Part shown: positions 38,562-48,235 of the stretch, in pieces | Layout of the letters: every line of letters starts with the position of its first letter | Position numbering within the stretch: the first letter of the stretch is position 1 | NCBI GenBank assembly: GCA_049512815.1 | Contig: JBEKWS010000008.1 | Location: 7,013 to 71,012 of the forward strand | Reading direction: 5' to 3' | Source: Bacteroidales bacterium | GTDB taxonomy: Bacteria; Bacteroidota; Bacteroidia; Bacteroidales; VadinHA17 | DNA: 64,000 bases | Notes under the pieces: generated by a model | Told to the model about the DNA's origin: nothing | Databases searched by the model: none | What the model saw: only the letters and a program-made list of their open reading frames with translations | Made by a program: the position numbers and the translations under genes

Positions 38562-39671
38562 TTAGTTTTTATATAAGTCGGAAATTATCTCCAGTACATT
38601 TTTATTATAAAGAGGTTGGTTTCCATAAGAGACCTTACCATCGTGAGCAAGCTTTCCCACAATAATAGCCGGATGAACTTCATATTTTTCAGCACACTCT
38701 TCAACCTTTGAAGTTGTCAGATAACCGATATAAGGTTCGAGAAACGAAATGATTTCATTGTGATTCAGATGCTTTGATGCAAGTTCATTTGCTTCATTCT
38801 CAAGTTTGTCGATTTGCCCGTTTTTCAGATCGTCAAGAATGAAAGGGGTTTTTTCATTCAGATGTTTTAAGATATGTGCTATTTCATGTGCAACCGTAAA
38901 CCAGAAATTATCGATCCTGTGATACCTGCCGGTATAGACAATTACAGGATTTTCACCAGAATAAAATGCTGCGCCATCGAGATATGTTTTTAACAGGTGA
39001 GGGAGAACGAAGAAGATTACCCCGACCATGTTTAGTTCCTTAATAAAGATGTTTATACCATCAGGTTTAATTGTATACGAATGAAGATCGTCATATAATG
39101 CTATAAGTTTTTCAAGATTATATTTGCTAACCTTTTTTTCGGCAGCAACAATGCAGGCTTTCTGATACCAGGTTAGAGCATAAGAGGCATTGAATTGATT
39201 AAATGCCTCTGACTTTCTGGTAAGGCATGGTAACTGTTTATCCAAAACTGAAAAATCAAGCTTTTTCCAACCCCAAAATTCTAAAACCTGATTTTTTAAG
39301 TCATCTAAATCTCTAAAAGGATTCAACCACCCCTTTTTTACCATATCATTAACAGGCATCCTTTCATAAATAGTGCCTTTTAAATCTGCTGCAATTTCTT
39401 TTTCCGATCTTTCCTGTTCAAGCCATAACCTGTAGCCGGTATCGATGTTAATCCAGTATTGTGCCGATGTATCAAAAACCTCACCCAGTAATCTTGCAAT
39501 TTCGAGAGTTATGGCCTGCTTGTTTTTGAGTATCTTGTTTAAATGTTTTTCTGATACTCCAATAACATCAGCCAGATCTTCCTGTATCCAATGACGTAAG
39601 TCCATCTGTTCCTGAATAAAATATCCCGCACCAAATTTCTTTGCTGCTCTTAGTTGTGTCGTCTGTACCAT
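38562..39671 (-). CDS. XRE-family HTH protein fused to an ImmA/IrrE (M78) metallopeptidase domain (HigA-like antitoxin or regulator)
   Basis: N-terminal HTH (LADVIGVSEKHLNKILKNKQ) and C-terminal HEIAH zinc motif. Confidence 0.8.
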   Translation of the reverse strand: MVQTTQLRAAKKFGAGYFIQEQMDLRHWIQEDLADVIGVSEKHLNKILKNKQAITLEIARLLGEVFDTSAQYWINIDTGYRLWLEQERSEKEIAADLKGTIYERMPVNDMVKKGWLNPFRDLDDLKNQVLEFWGWKKLDFSVLDKQLPCLTRKSEAFNQFNASYALTWYQKACIVAAEKKVSKYNLEKLIALYDDLHSYTIKPDGINIFIKELNMVGVIFFVLPHLLKTYLDGAAFYSGENPVIVYTGRYHRIDNFWFTVAHEIAHILKHLNEKTPFILDDLKNGQIDKLENEANELASKHLNHNEIISFLEPYIGYLTTSKVEECAEKYEVHPAIIVGKLAHDGKVSYGNQPLYNKNVLEIISDLYKN

Positions 39672-39683
39672 AATTCCTGATTG

Positions 39684-39995
39684 TTAATCTCCATAATGAG
39701 ATGAGATCACTACAATGATGAATTCTCCAACTGTATTATCGATGTTTTTCCATTCAATTTCCATTTCGAGTCTGTACTTTCCTGTAAGCCTCATTGAATA
39801 ACGCTTCTTAAATCCTCTTAGTTTTTCAAATTTGAGTCCACTGTCTTTCCAAAAATCATGGATACTGGTTGCTGATTCAATCTTCTGAACTGTTGCAAAG
39901 AATTTGTCAATTACGGTTTCAGGAAGCCTGAGTTTTTTTGAACTCCCTGTTTCGTAAAGTTTAATTAACTCTTTATCATTTATTTGGACATTCAA
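39684..39995 (-). CDS. HigB-like (RelE/ParE superfamily) toxin with a TTG start
   Basis: 103 aa with the pattern ...FEKLRGFKKRYSMRLTGKYRLEMEI...SSHYGD, typical of killer-protein HigB. Directly upstream of the HTH gene. Confidence 0.65.
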   Translation of the reverse strand: MNVQINDKELIKLYETGSSKKLRLPETVIDKFFATVQKIESATSIHDFWKDSGLKFEKLRGFKKRYSMRLTGKYRLEMEIEWKNIDNTVGEFIIVVISSHYGD

Positions 39996-40010
39996 TGATT
40001 AAATGTTTTA

Positions 40011-40045
40011 CAAATATACACCTAATTGGTTAAAATGCAAATATA
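40011..40045 (-). promoter_or_regulatory. Two exact TATATTTG (TAnnTTTG) -7 boxes upstream of the HigB-like gene
   Basis: Plus-strand caaatata at 40011-40018 and 40038-40045. Confidence 0.4.
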
Positions 40046-40048
40046 TAT

Positions 40049-40065
40049 TTTACCTGTCAGGTAAA
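40049..40065. promoter_or_regulatory. Perfect 8+1+8 palindrome tttacctg-t-caggtaaa, a candidate operator for the HTH protein
   Basis: Read directly. It lies just upstream of the -7 boxes in the 90-nt gap between hsdR and the toxin gene. Confidence 0.45.
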
Positions 40066-40085
40066 TATGTGATATAATATTCGAA

Positions 40086-42863
40086 TTATGCAGCTAGCAC
40101 CTCATTAAGTTCGGCTATGATTAATTCACAATCTTCTCCAAACAACTGCCACATCTTACCTTTTCCCCCGAATGCATTGAAAGGAGTATAATCGAGATCA
40201 TCATACTCAATATGAATGCTTGTGGCAATATGATCTTTTATCATTCTCAGCCAACTCATTTGTGATTCACTGAATTTAAGTGTCCCGGCTTGTTTTTTAA
40301 ATACCCACTCCCGGAAATTTTTATCAACTGTTTTGTCATAACTGGTAAGATCCTTGTCAATACCTGTTATTTTCCTGAGTAACGAGATAAGTGCGATCAT
40401 TTCATTTTTTGGTGATCCTGTTACTTTTTCAATCTGGCTGTATGCCTGCCAGATATTCATAGGAGCCAGAAGAGGTTTATCTGAAATCAGATGATCAACA
40501 AGTTCCTTCATCATTTTGAAAGTAATCTCACGTCTTCTGAGCGGTTGATTATAAAATATCTGCAACGCAACAATTTCATTCTTATGAGTTTCGATCCAGC
40601 TTTTGAAACTTTCTACCAGCTCCGCAGCATTTGATTTATTGTCCTTATCCCATCCTGCAAAAATGATCTTGTCGCGGTTAATGTCATCGATTACCTGTTC
40701 ATGTGCTTTTCTGACATTTTCAATGTAAGTATTGAGTTCACCAGTAAAGATCGAAGCGGCAGTTTCAATTAATTCATTATGTCTGCGGGTTAATTCATTC
40801 TCTTTATCAACTGGAGGAGAGGTGGCAAATTCCGATTCAACTTTTAACCTTACCCCTTCAATAATATCAGGATCATAAGCATTCAGAAGTTCTTTTATAG
40901 TCTGATTTATGGTTTTACCTTTGGCTTTCTCTGCAAAAAGATTTTTTTCTTTTTCTGTAATTTGTTTTTCAAGTCTTATTAGTCTGTTAGCAATCGATGA
41001 AAAAAGATCATCATCACGCACCCCCACTGCAATTGCGCCCAGCAAATCCTTCAGCGGAATTCCTGGTTTCTTTTCAAGAGGACGACTGTCGGTCTTCAGG
41101 CTTTTGGTAACACCAACAGAATCAACAATTACAAAATGGTCTTTCGTATATTTAGCTGAAGGGCTGACTTTCCTCAGATCATCTAGCGAGATTGTCCGGG
41201 TTCCCCGACCTTTCATCTGTTCAAAATAATTCCGGCTTTTCACATCTCGCATAAACAGAAGACATTCGAGAGGTTTCACATCGGTACCGGTAGCAATCAT
41301 ATCTACTGTAACTGCTATCCTCGGATGATAGGCGTTTCGAAATTGTGCAAGAACAGATTTGGTATCTTCTTCAGATTTATAAGTCAGCTTTTTACAAAAC
41401 CTGTTCTCTTCGGCAAACTCCTCCCTGACTATTTGAATAATGTCATCCGCGTGTGAATCAGTCTTTGCAAAAATCAGAGTTTTAGGCACTTCAAATTCGC
41501 CATTTTCTGAGAATCTCTCAGGAAACATGTCGGGAAGATGATCTTTAAAGTTTTTGATAATTGTTCTGATCTGATTAGGATTAACAACTTCATCGTCAAG
41601 TTTCTTATTTGAATAGACCAGATCCTCATCCAGCTGATCCCAACGCTTTTTTCGGGTCAGTTTTTCACGATGGTCAACAAATTCTCCTTTCCAGATTTTT
41701 GAGCCCTTCTTAGTAATATCAGTTTCAATGAGGAAAATATTATAGCCGACATTAACCCCATCGACAACAGCCTGCTGGTGAGTGTATTCACTTACAATAT
41801 TTTGTCTGAAATATCCGAATGTCCTGTTATCGGGTGTTGCAGTCAGTCCGACCTGGAAAGAATCGAAATATTCGAGAACCTGTTTCCAGAGGTTATAAAT
41901 ACTTCGGTGGCATTCATCAATAACCACAAAATCAAAAAACTCTACCGGCAGTTTTGCATTATAGACAACAGGAACCGGTTCGCGTTTTTGCCAACTAATT
42001 TCTCCCGGATTTGTTTCTTCAGCTTCTTCAGGAAGTTCCTCTCCTTTTAATATAGAGTATAATCGTTGTATAGTACTGATACAAACCTGGCTGTCAGAAG
42101 CTACGTAACTGCTTCTTAACCTCTGTACATTATAGAGTTCCGTGAACTTACGGTTGTCGTCTGTTGGCGTATAAGCCATAAATTCCTGTTCTGCCTGTTC
42201 ACCCAGGTTACGTGTGTCGACAAGGAACAGTATCCGCCTGGCGCCACTGAATTTAAGTAGCCTGTAAATTGAGGTTATGGCTGTATATGTCTTGCCTGAT
42301 CCGGTAGCCATCTGGATCAGAGCGCGAGGTCTGCTCTCTTTAAAAGATTTTTCCAGATTCCGGATCGCAACAATCTGGCAGTCTCTTAATCCTGTTGTTG
42401 TTAGTAACGGTAAGTCCAATAATCTTTTTCTGAGAGTCTTCTCTTTTTTATTCCACTCACGGAATGTTTCCGGTTTGTGAAAAGTAAAGGTTGGTCTCGA
42501 TCGCGGTTTTGGATCGCGGTAATCTGTAAAACGAGTTAGTTCACCTGTACTTTCATATACAAAAGGTAGAGGATCATTATTCAGATATTTGAGTTTGCTT
42601 TCCGCGTAATCCCTGGATTGTTCTTCATAATCTGTAAGACGGAAACCTTCCTCTACTTTTTTTGCTTCAATTATTCCTACAGGTTGTTTATCGACGAAAA
42701 GTAAATAGTCAGCAGGTCCGGTATCCGTTTGGTATTCCCTTATAGCTATACCGATCCCGGCATTCAGATTAATCTCTTTCTTATTCTGAATTGTCCAACC
42801 ACAGGCAATCAATTGCTTGTCAATATTATCACGAGCTATTTGTTCGGGGTTTTGGTTGGGCAT
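40086..42863 (-). CDS. hsdR: Type I restriction endonuclease subunit R (EcoEI-like, 925 aa)
   Basis: N-terminal nuclease domain, helicase motif I MATGSGKT, motif II DECHR, and a long C-terminal helical domain. Confidence 0.9.
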   Translation of the reverse strand: MPNQNPEQIARDNIDKQLIACGWTIQNKKEINLNAGIGIAIREYQTDTGPADYLLFVDKQPVGIIEAKKVEEGFRLTDYEEQSRDYAESKLKYLNNDPLPFVYESTGELTRFTDYRDPKPRSRPTFTFHKPETFREWNKKEKTLRKRLLDLPLLTTTGLRDCQIVAIRNLEKSFKESRPRALIQMATGSGKTYTAITSIYRLLKFSGARRILFLVDTRNLGEQAEQEFMAYTPTDDNRKFTELYNVQRLRSSYVASDSQVCISTIQRLYSILKGEELPEEAEETNPGEISWQKREPVPVVYNAKLPVEFFDFVVIDECHRSIYNLWKQVLEYFDSFQVGLTATPDNRTFGYFRQNIVSEYTHQQAVVDGVNVGYNIFLIETDITKKGSKIWKGEFVDHREKLTRKKRWDQLDEDLVYSNKKLDDEVVNPNQIRTIIKNFKDHLPDMFPERFSENGEFEVPKTLIFAKTDSHADDIIQIVREEFAEENRFCKKLTYKSEEDTKSVLAQFRNAYHPRIAVTVDMIATGTDVKPLECLLFMRDVKSRNYFEQMKGRGTRTISLDDLRKVSPSAKYTKDHFVIVDSVGVTKSLKTDSRPLEKKPGIPLKDLLGAIAVGVRDDDLFSSIANRLIRLEKQITEKEKNLFAEKAKGKTINQTIKELLNAYDPDIIEGVRLKVESEFATSPPVDKENELTRRHNELIETAASIFTGELNTYIENVRKAHEQVIDDINRDKIIFAGWDKDNKSNAAELVESFKSWIETHKNEIVALQIFYNQPLRRREITFKMMKELVDHLISDKPLLAPMNIWQAYSQIEKVTGSPKNEMIALISLLRKITGIDKDLTSYDKTVDKNFREWVFKKQAGTLKFSESQMSWLRMIKDHIATSIHIEYDDLDYTPFNAFGGKGKMWQLFGEDCELIIAELNEVLAA

Positions 42864-43014
42864 TGTTTAATTCAGGTCTGTATTAATCCGTTAAATTAAG
42901 CAAAATCATTTATATTTTTAAACCTTTCCAATGTTATCTACCTGGGCATACTCCTGCTACGAAGGTTATATGATTTAATACGGAAAGTAAAGTGTTTGTT
43001 ACCCGGGGATGGTT

Positions 43015-43235
43015 GGTTTACAGTTTGCGGTAGGCGTCTCACGACACACGACGCACGATGCAGGGTCTTGCGCTGCGTGCTGTCCTGCTCTCTTCTGTCG
43101 CTTGTCTTGAAGTCTTGGAGTCGTACAGTCTTATGATTATTTTGACTTTTGTATTTTGCATTTTATTACCCCGGAGTTAACTGAGCATCATGGAGTCAGA
43201 TCACCTCTTCTCCTAATTTCCTCTTCGTCCTCGAA
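43015..43235. repeat. GC-rich degenerate tandem-motif island (gtcttg / acgac motifs)
   Basis: It shares a 19-mer with 32752-32770 and a 17-mer with 59163-59179. Confidence 0.7.
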
Positions 43236-43239
43236 ATAG

Positions 43240-44490
43240 TTACATTTTATTTTTAAGCGATAGCTTCCTGAGCGGTTTATTTACCTTAATAGTGGTAAAA
43301 ACAACTGCAAGTGTCATAATACCACCGAAAACTACCGAAGGCACCAGACCCATTAATTTAGCAGTAACCCCCGATTCGAATGCACCTAACTCGTTCGATG
43401 ATCCTATAAATATGCTGTTTACAGATGCAACCCGGCCGCGCATATCATCGGGTGTAAATAGCTGGAGAATGGTTCCTCTGATCACAACACTTATATTATC
43501 GAAAGCGCCACTTAGAATTAACAGCAAACCCGATAAAATGAAACTTGTAGAGAGTCCGAAACCAATCATACAAAGACCGAAACCAAGAACACAAATGAAA
43601 AGTATCTTCCCTGTTTCTCTCATAGGCGGACGGAACATTAGAACGAATGCCATAAGTGTAGCTCCTATGGCTGGACAGGCCCTGAGCAAACCCAGACCCT
43701 GGGGACCGACATGTAATATATCGGATGCAAATACAGGAAGCATCGCAACTGCTCCGCCAAACAGCACAGCAAACATATCGAGTGTAAAAGCTCCAAGCAA
43801 TTCCGGTGTTTTAAAAACAAAACTGATGCCGCTTCGTATCCTGGTAAATACACCTTCGGTTGTTTCAACAACTTTGTGCCTGCCGACTTTTATAAGCATT
43901 ATCATAAAGAACGACAAAGTATATAAACCTAATACCAGTGAATAGGCCGGCACTATTCCCCAAAAACCATAGACCAGTCCTCCGATTGCCGGTCCCATAA
44001 CAGCTGCCACCTGCCAGTTAGCACTGTTCCAGGTAGCCGCATTTGCATATAAATTCCTCGGAACAAGCTGGCCCAATAGTGCAACCTGGGCAGGGCCTAA
44101 TATTCCTCGTGCCAGTCCTGTTAAAAAGATAGTGACGAAAATTGGAATGATGCCGAATTTTTCGGAGAAATAAGTTGCATTTGCACTATAAATCAACAGA
44201 ATCACCGAACCCAGAATAAGTAAAAGAGTGGTATAATTAATAATCTTACGCCGGTTCCATAAATCGATATAATGCCCGGCAAAGAGAGATATACTTACCT
44301 GCGGAATCACCTCAGTCAGGCCAATAAACCCCAGCCAGAGCACATTGTTGGATAAAGCGTATATCTGCCATCCTACAATAACCGACTGCATAAGGGTGGC
44401 CATTGTCATAAAAATTCGATAGAACAGATAAAAACGGAAATTTTTAACGCGTACTGCTGCAAAAGCTTCACCGGAAAACCAGTACTTCAT
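43240..44490 (-). CDS. MFS transporter
   Basis: 12 predicted TM helices, 416 aa, and an MFS-like loop 2-3 motif (GHYIDLWNRRK). Confidence 0.8.
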   Translation of the reverse strand: MKYWFSGEAFAAVRVKNFRFYLFYRIFMTMATLMQSVIVGWQIYALSNNVLWLGFIGLTEVIPQVSISLFAGHYIDLWNRRKIINYTTLLLILGSVILLIYSANATYFSEKFGIIPIFVTIFLTGLARGILGPAQVALLGQLVPRNLYANAATWNSANWQVAAVMGPAIGGLVYGFWGIVPAYSLVLGLYTLSFFMIMLIKVGRHKVVETTEGVFTRIRSGISFVFKTPELLGAFTLDMFAVLFGGAVAMLPVFASDILHVGPQGLGLLRACPAIGATLMAFVLMFRPPMRETGKILFICVLGFGLCMIGFGLSTSFILSGLLLILSGAFDNISVVIRGTILQLFTPDDMRGRVASVNSIFIGSSNELGAFESGVTAKLMGLVPSVVFGGIMTLAVVFTTIKVNKPLRKLSLKNKM

Positions 44491-44704
44491 ATCAATTTAT
44501 TTTCACAGGCAAAAGTAGCTATTTGATACAGAATTACGACTTAGAAATTATGAATTTGAGTGACGACCGGGTAGGAAGCGAAAGATTAGAAATTGACCCT
44601 TTGTCTGATTTCAGGAAGGAGTCTGAATAAGCACTTGTCCGCAGGAGCAACATTTACTTAACCACCACAACTTTTACACCTTTTTTTATACCATTTTCGT
44701 TAGT

Positions 44705-44960
44705 AGTATTTACGTTTATATTTTGTCATCCAATCACCCTCTATCCATGGATCTTCAGCTGGTTATTGTAATCACCGGTTTGTTCCCATCCGTAATCTTT
44801 TTTATTACTATTAAAACACTCTGTCGGAGTTCCTATAGGATTAAAACTCCTGGAGTCGAGTTCAATACCGTAAATTGGTTTACTATTCGAACATTCGTAA
44901 TAAAGGTAAAGACGGCCATCTTCATCGAGAAATAAACAGGGATCGGTAAGCCCTCGTTAC
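44705..44960 (-). pseudogene. Relic of a GH43 glycoside hydrolase
   Basis: The minus strand reads GLTDPCLFLDEDGRLYLYYECSNSKPIYGIELD...GWEQTG, then a stop, then an out-of-frame PWIEGDWMTKYK. No start codon and no remainder of the gene. Confidence 0.5.
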
Positions 44961-45021
44961 TTTGTGTGGCTCACTTGCCTGTTAAGATCTGGTTGCGCGT
45001 TTATAGGAGGCAGAAGATATT

Positions 45022-45585
45022 CTACTTCTGATGCGTTAACAGGATTGCCCTGCTGAATAATACCTTTGGTCTGCCGACAATTTCAAATCCTGCTTTTTTT
45101 ATTCTGGCAGTCATCTCTTTAAATGCTGCTCCTGTAACATGTATCTTCGGTTCTATGATGTAAATTTTCCCGTCCGGTTTCAAAATTGCCTTCAATTCTT
45201 CAAAAAGTCTGTCATGATCCGGCACTTCATGAACCATCCAGAAAGCCAGAATGAAATCCGCTTTTTCAGTAAGGCCAATACTATTGATCTGGCATTTATG
45301 CAGCTCAACCAGTTGCTCTGACTCTGTACCTTTTATTTTGCGGTCTACTATATCAAGCATTCCCTCTTGTACATCTGCTGCAAAAACCTTCCCTGATTCA
45401 TGAAGCAATTTTGCTATTTCAACAGTGAAAACACCAGGACCACAACCCAGATCAAGAACTGTCATTCCCTTGTTAATGTATGGCTTAAGTATTTTCTGAG
45501 GATTTTGTAACCATCTCCTGAAAAAATTATCAAGACTTCCGGCTAATCCTGCAGGACAAACGTATGGGTTCTTTTTGTTATTCAT
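45022..45585 (-). CDS. Class I SAM-dependent methyltransferase
   Basis: Motif I VLDLGCGPG. Confidence 0.8.
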   Translation of the reverse strand: MNNKKNPYVCPAGLAGSLDNFFRRWLQNPQKILKPYINKGMTVLDLGCGPGVFTVEIAKLLHESGKVFAADVQEGMLDIVDRKIKGTESEQLVELHKCQINSIGLTEKADFILAFWMVHEVPDHDRLFEELKAILKPDGKIYIIEPKIHVTGAAFKEMTARIKKAGFEIVGRPKVLFSRAILLTHQK

Positions 45586-45736
45586 AATCGCTAATTAATT
45601 TGATATTATTCACAATAATTGTGTTGCTTGGTGCTTATTGTTTGTTGCTTTATTAAAGATAAGAAAACAATTAAAATTCCACTAAATAAACCAGATCTCC
45701 CCTCAAACAAAAAACCGGACAAAGCCGGTTCTTTCT

Positions 45737-46036
45737 CTAAGCCTGCTCAGGAGTTGCTATCTTTTCATCCTCACTGCAGGAATGTCTGTATTTATTATTA
45801 AATTTTCTTTTCCAACCTCTCCTGCCACGGTCATGTGAACCCGGGGCTACCCCGGTAAGAAGAATTTTCGAAAGAAGAAACAGCCCTGCTGTCTGCCAGA
45901 AGGTGAGTACCGGTCCGTGGAACAATAAGGGAATAAGCGAGTTCCATAGACACATTACGATATAAATTGTCAGGGTGATGAAACCTAATCCGAGTATACC
46001 AAATCCTACATACTTTAAAATTCTTAATGTTTTCAT
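45737..46036 (-). CDS. Small two-TM membrane protein with a basic tail (possible partner of the ECF sigma)
   Basis: Its start is 1 nt after the sigma gene stop. Two hydrophobic helices. Confidence 0.45.
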   Translation of the reverse strand: MKTLRILKYVGFGILGLGFITLTIYIVMCLWNSLIPLLFHGPVLTFWQTAGLFLLSKILLTGVAPGSHDRGRRGWKRKFNNKYRHSCSEDEKIATPEQA

Positions 46037-46037
46037 A

Positions 46038-46598
46038 CTAGATATTTTTTAAAAGTTTATATAAATCAATTAATCTCCCCCTTAAGGCAAGGACAGCATA
46101 TCGTTTCCGCGAGATGAGGGTATTGACTCCAATACCGGTTTTTTCAGATATATCTTTGAAACTCATATCCTCAAACTCGTTTGCCACGAATACATAACTT
46201 TGCTCTTCGGGTAGTTCTGAAAGAGTCTCTTCAATGGCTTCCCATATCATCTCCTTTATCTCATCATCTTCGTGTGTCGATCCAAGCGAAGGGAGTATCT
46301 CTTCGAGTGTTAATGGGCCTTCGTCATCATCATTTGCGTTTTCTTTGTAGTTGATGCTGATTGGTTTCTTTTTACGGAAGAGGTCGGTGATACGGTTATC
46401 GGCCACTTTATAGAGCCATGCTGTCAGGTTTTCAATCCTCCTGATGTCCCTGAAGCCGACGGTAAGCTGGTAGAAGACATCCTGCAGAATATCTTCAGCC
46501 TCTACCCTGTCGGAAATTCTGTTTCTTATATAGCCGAGCAGACGTTTCCGCTCGTCTTTATAGACAGCTCCAATTTTTTCTGACTCTTTAGGACTCAT
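46038..46598 (-). CDS. ECF-type RNA polymerase sigma factor
   Basis: Region 2 (EDILQDVFYQL) and region 4 HTH (MSFKDISEKTGIGVNTLISRKRYAV). Confidence 0.85.
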   Translation of the reverse strand: MSPKESEKIGAVYKDERKRLLGYIRNRISDRVEAEDILQDVFYQLTVGFRDIRRIENLTAWLYKVADNRITDLFRKKKPISINYKENANDDDEGPLTLEEILPSLGSTHEDDEIKEMIWEAIEETLSELPEEQSYVFVANEFEDMSFKDISEKTGIGVNTLISRKRYAVLALRGRLIDLYKLLKNI

Positions 46599-46921
46599 TT
46601 AAGAGGTTGTTTAGTTCCATAGACGAAAGAGGTGAGCAAATATTTTAAATATTTAACTTATTTTTTGAATTCGTTTATTAAAAGTTAAAAATAAAGATTA
46701 ATAGTTAAAAGAGGTTGGCTTGTGATAAGCTGGGCGTAGTCCAAAAGTATTTTGCCTACGGACCGCTGATTATAGAACTTTTGCAAGTGGTATATAACCC
46801 CCTCTGTCCCGCCGAAGTGTTTGAAAAAATTTGTACAACCGGACTCTTTTATTTACTTTGCACGAATTAATCTACAATCTCAAATTAGATTTTTACTTTA
46901 ATCATCCTTAATAATGTGCTG

Positions 46922-48151
46922 ATGACAAACTTTTCACTCGATAAAAGCAAGATCAAAGTTCTACTGCTGGAAGGGATCCATGAGAATGCTATGCATTTCT
47001 TCAGGGAAAAAGGCTATACCGATGTTGAATGCCTGAATGGAGCTCTATCAGGTGATGAGCTGGAAAAAAAATTACAGAATATCCACATAATCGGGACCAG
47101 AAGCCGTACGGAACTTCGTAAAAGCCTGCTTTTCAATACTCCTAAACTGTTTGCTATAGGATGTTTCAGTATAGGTACAAATCAGGTGGATATCCATGAT
47201 GCCAAAATGCTTGGCATACCTGTATTTAATGCCCCTTTCTCAAATACACGCTCAGTAGCGGAACTGGTTATAGCCGAGTGTATTATGCTTATGCGGGGTA
47301 TTCCTGAAAAAAATGCCCTGGCTCACAGGAAAATATGGATGAAATCATTTAATAACTCGGTGGAAATAAGAGGTAAAACCCTTGGGATCATAGGTTACGG
47401 ACATATAGGTTCACAGGTTTCCATCCTTGCCGAAAGCCTTGGTATGAGAATTATCTATTATGATATTGAAAAGAAACTCAGTCTGGGTAATTCGAAACAT
47501 GTAGCAAGTTTGAATGACCTGTTAAAGATCTCTGATACAATAACTATTCATGTTCCTCTAACAGAATTAACAAAGAATATGATCTCAAAGGACCAGATTG
47601 CTATCATGAAAAAGGGAGCATGCCTGATCAATGCATCTCGCGGAGATGTTGTTGATTATAAGGCTGTTGCTGATGGACTCAGGTCGAAACACCTGGCCGG
47701 AGTAGCCGCTGATGTTTTTCCGGTGGAACCGGCCTCAAATGATAAACCATTCGAAAATGATCTCCAGGATTTTAATAATGTAATACTTACACCTCACATT
47801 GCCGGCAGTACTCAGGAAGCACTGGCCAATATCGGACTTGAAGTAGCTGAAAAACTCGTAAGATACAGTGATACAGGTTCAACAATCGGGGCTGTAAACT
47901 TCGTTGAGATTGCTCTTCAGCCTAACGCCGCCAAACAACGCTTTTTACATATTCATAAGAATGTTCCTGGTGTTCTGCGCGAATTAAACCAGTATTTTTC
48001 GTCAAGGGGTATCAATATTTCAGCCGAATACCTGCAGACTGACCCTGACATAGGTTATGTTATTATGGAAACTGACAGTGACCTTGATCCTTCAGTTCTT
48101 AAGGACCTGAAGAATATCCCATACACAATACGGGTAAGGATTTTATATTAG
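46922..48151 (+). CDS. serA: D-3-phosphoglycerate dehydrogenase with a C-terminal ACT domain. ATG at 46922.
   Basis: Collinear with E. coli-type SerA (SLDKSKIKVLLLEGIH; GIIGYGHIGSQ NAD motif; C-terminal HIHKNVPGVL ACT domain). Confidence 0.9.
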   Translation: MTNFSLDKSKIKVLLLEGIHENAMHFFREKGYTDVECLNGALSGDELEKKLQNIHIIGTRSRTELRKSLLFNTPKLFAIGCFSIGTNQVDIHDAKMLGIPVFNAPFSNTRSVAELVIAECIMLMRGIPEKNALAHRKIWMKSFNNSVEIRGKTLGIIGYGHIGSQVSILAESLGMRIIYYDIEKKLSLGNSKHVASLNDLLKISDTITIHVPLTELTKNMISKDQIAIMKKGACLINASRGDVVDYKAVADGLRSKHLAGVAADVFPVEPASNDKPFENDLQDFNNVILTPHIAGSTQEALANIGLEVAEKLVRYSDTGSTIGAVNFVEIALQPNAAKQRFLHIHKNVPGVLRELNQYFSSRGINISAEYLQTDPDIGYVIMETDSDLDPSVLKDLKNIPYTIRVRILY

Positions 48152-48235
48152 AGTATTTGTTCATTTGACTTCGTCGAGCTCGTCCCCCTAAAGCGTTCCT
48201 CGGTTCTTTGTATCAAGACAAAGAAAGTAACATGA

